From Mustelus asterias (lineage: Eukaryota), in NCBI RefSeq assembly GCF_964213995.1, contig NW_027590147.1, positions 992,001 through 1,056,000 of the forward strand: DNA of 64,000 nt. The letters run 5' to 3'. The notes beneath the pieces were generated by a model. That model was given only the letters and a program-made list of their open reading frames with translations. It was not told the DNA's origin and ran no database searches. Shown in pieces: positions 63,815-64,000 of this stretch (its first letter is position 1; every line of letters starts with the position of its first letter). Made by a program: the position numbers and the translations under genes.

Positions 63815-64000
63815 AACGAGAATTCACCTTAATGCGCACGAGGAATTTGGATGTGGTTGCGGTGACGGAGACTTGGTTGAAAGAGGGACAGGACTGGCAG
63901 CTGAATATTCCAGGGTACAAGTGTTTTAGGCGAGACAGAGGAGGGGCCAAAAGAGGTGGGGGAGTAGCGGTATTGGTTGGAGAGCATATTACAGCGGTGC
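63815..64000 (+). mobile_element. CR1-like LINE endonuclease region, continuing beyond the window
   Basis: DVVAVTETWLKEGQDWQLNIPGYKCFRRDR..RGGGVA. Confidence 0.8.

Overview
Vertebrate genomic DNA, almost certainly from a shark or other elasmobranch (HE1-type SINEs, CR1 LINEs, Penelope-like repeats, NAR-type V genes). The left part (about 6-24 kb) is a cluster of five KRAB-less C2H2 zinc-finger paralogues: one intact, four damaged. Four of them form two head-to-head pairs around CpG-rich promoters. The right part (about 28-64 kb) is the edge of a T-cell receptor alpha/delta V array, with conventional V segments in both orientations (three open, three pseudogenes), a GPR139-like pseudogene and a tRNA-Arg pseudogene. 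At its centre are two NAR-TCR cassettes (leader, NAR-type V, NAR-type J, leaderless supporting V-delta) arranged as an inverted duplication converging at about 47.15 kb. The minus-strand cassette is intact and the plus-strand one is a pseudogene. The main unusual signals are: (1) five tandem 23-bp-spacer RSSs with a 61-bp period between the two supporting V-deltas; (2) NAR-type Vs that end in a D-like extension and a 12-RSS facing a 23-RSS J, suggesting germline V-D fusion; (3) a V family whose leader and V are in one exon. All calls are by-eye readings of the sequence and repeat boundaries are approximate.
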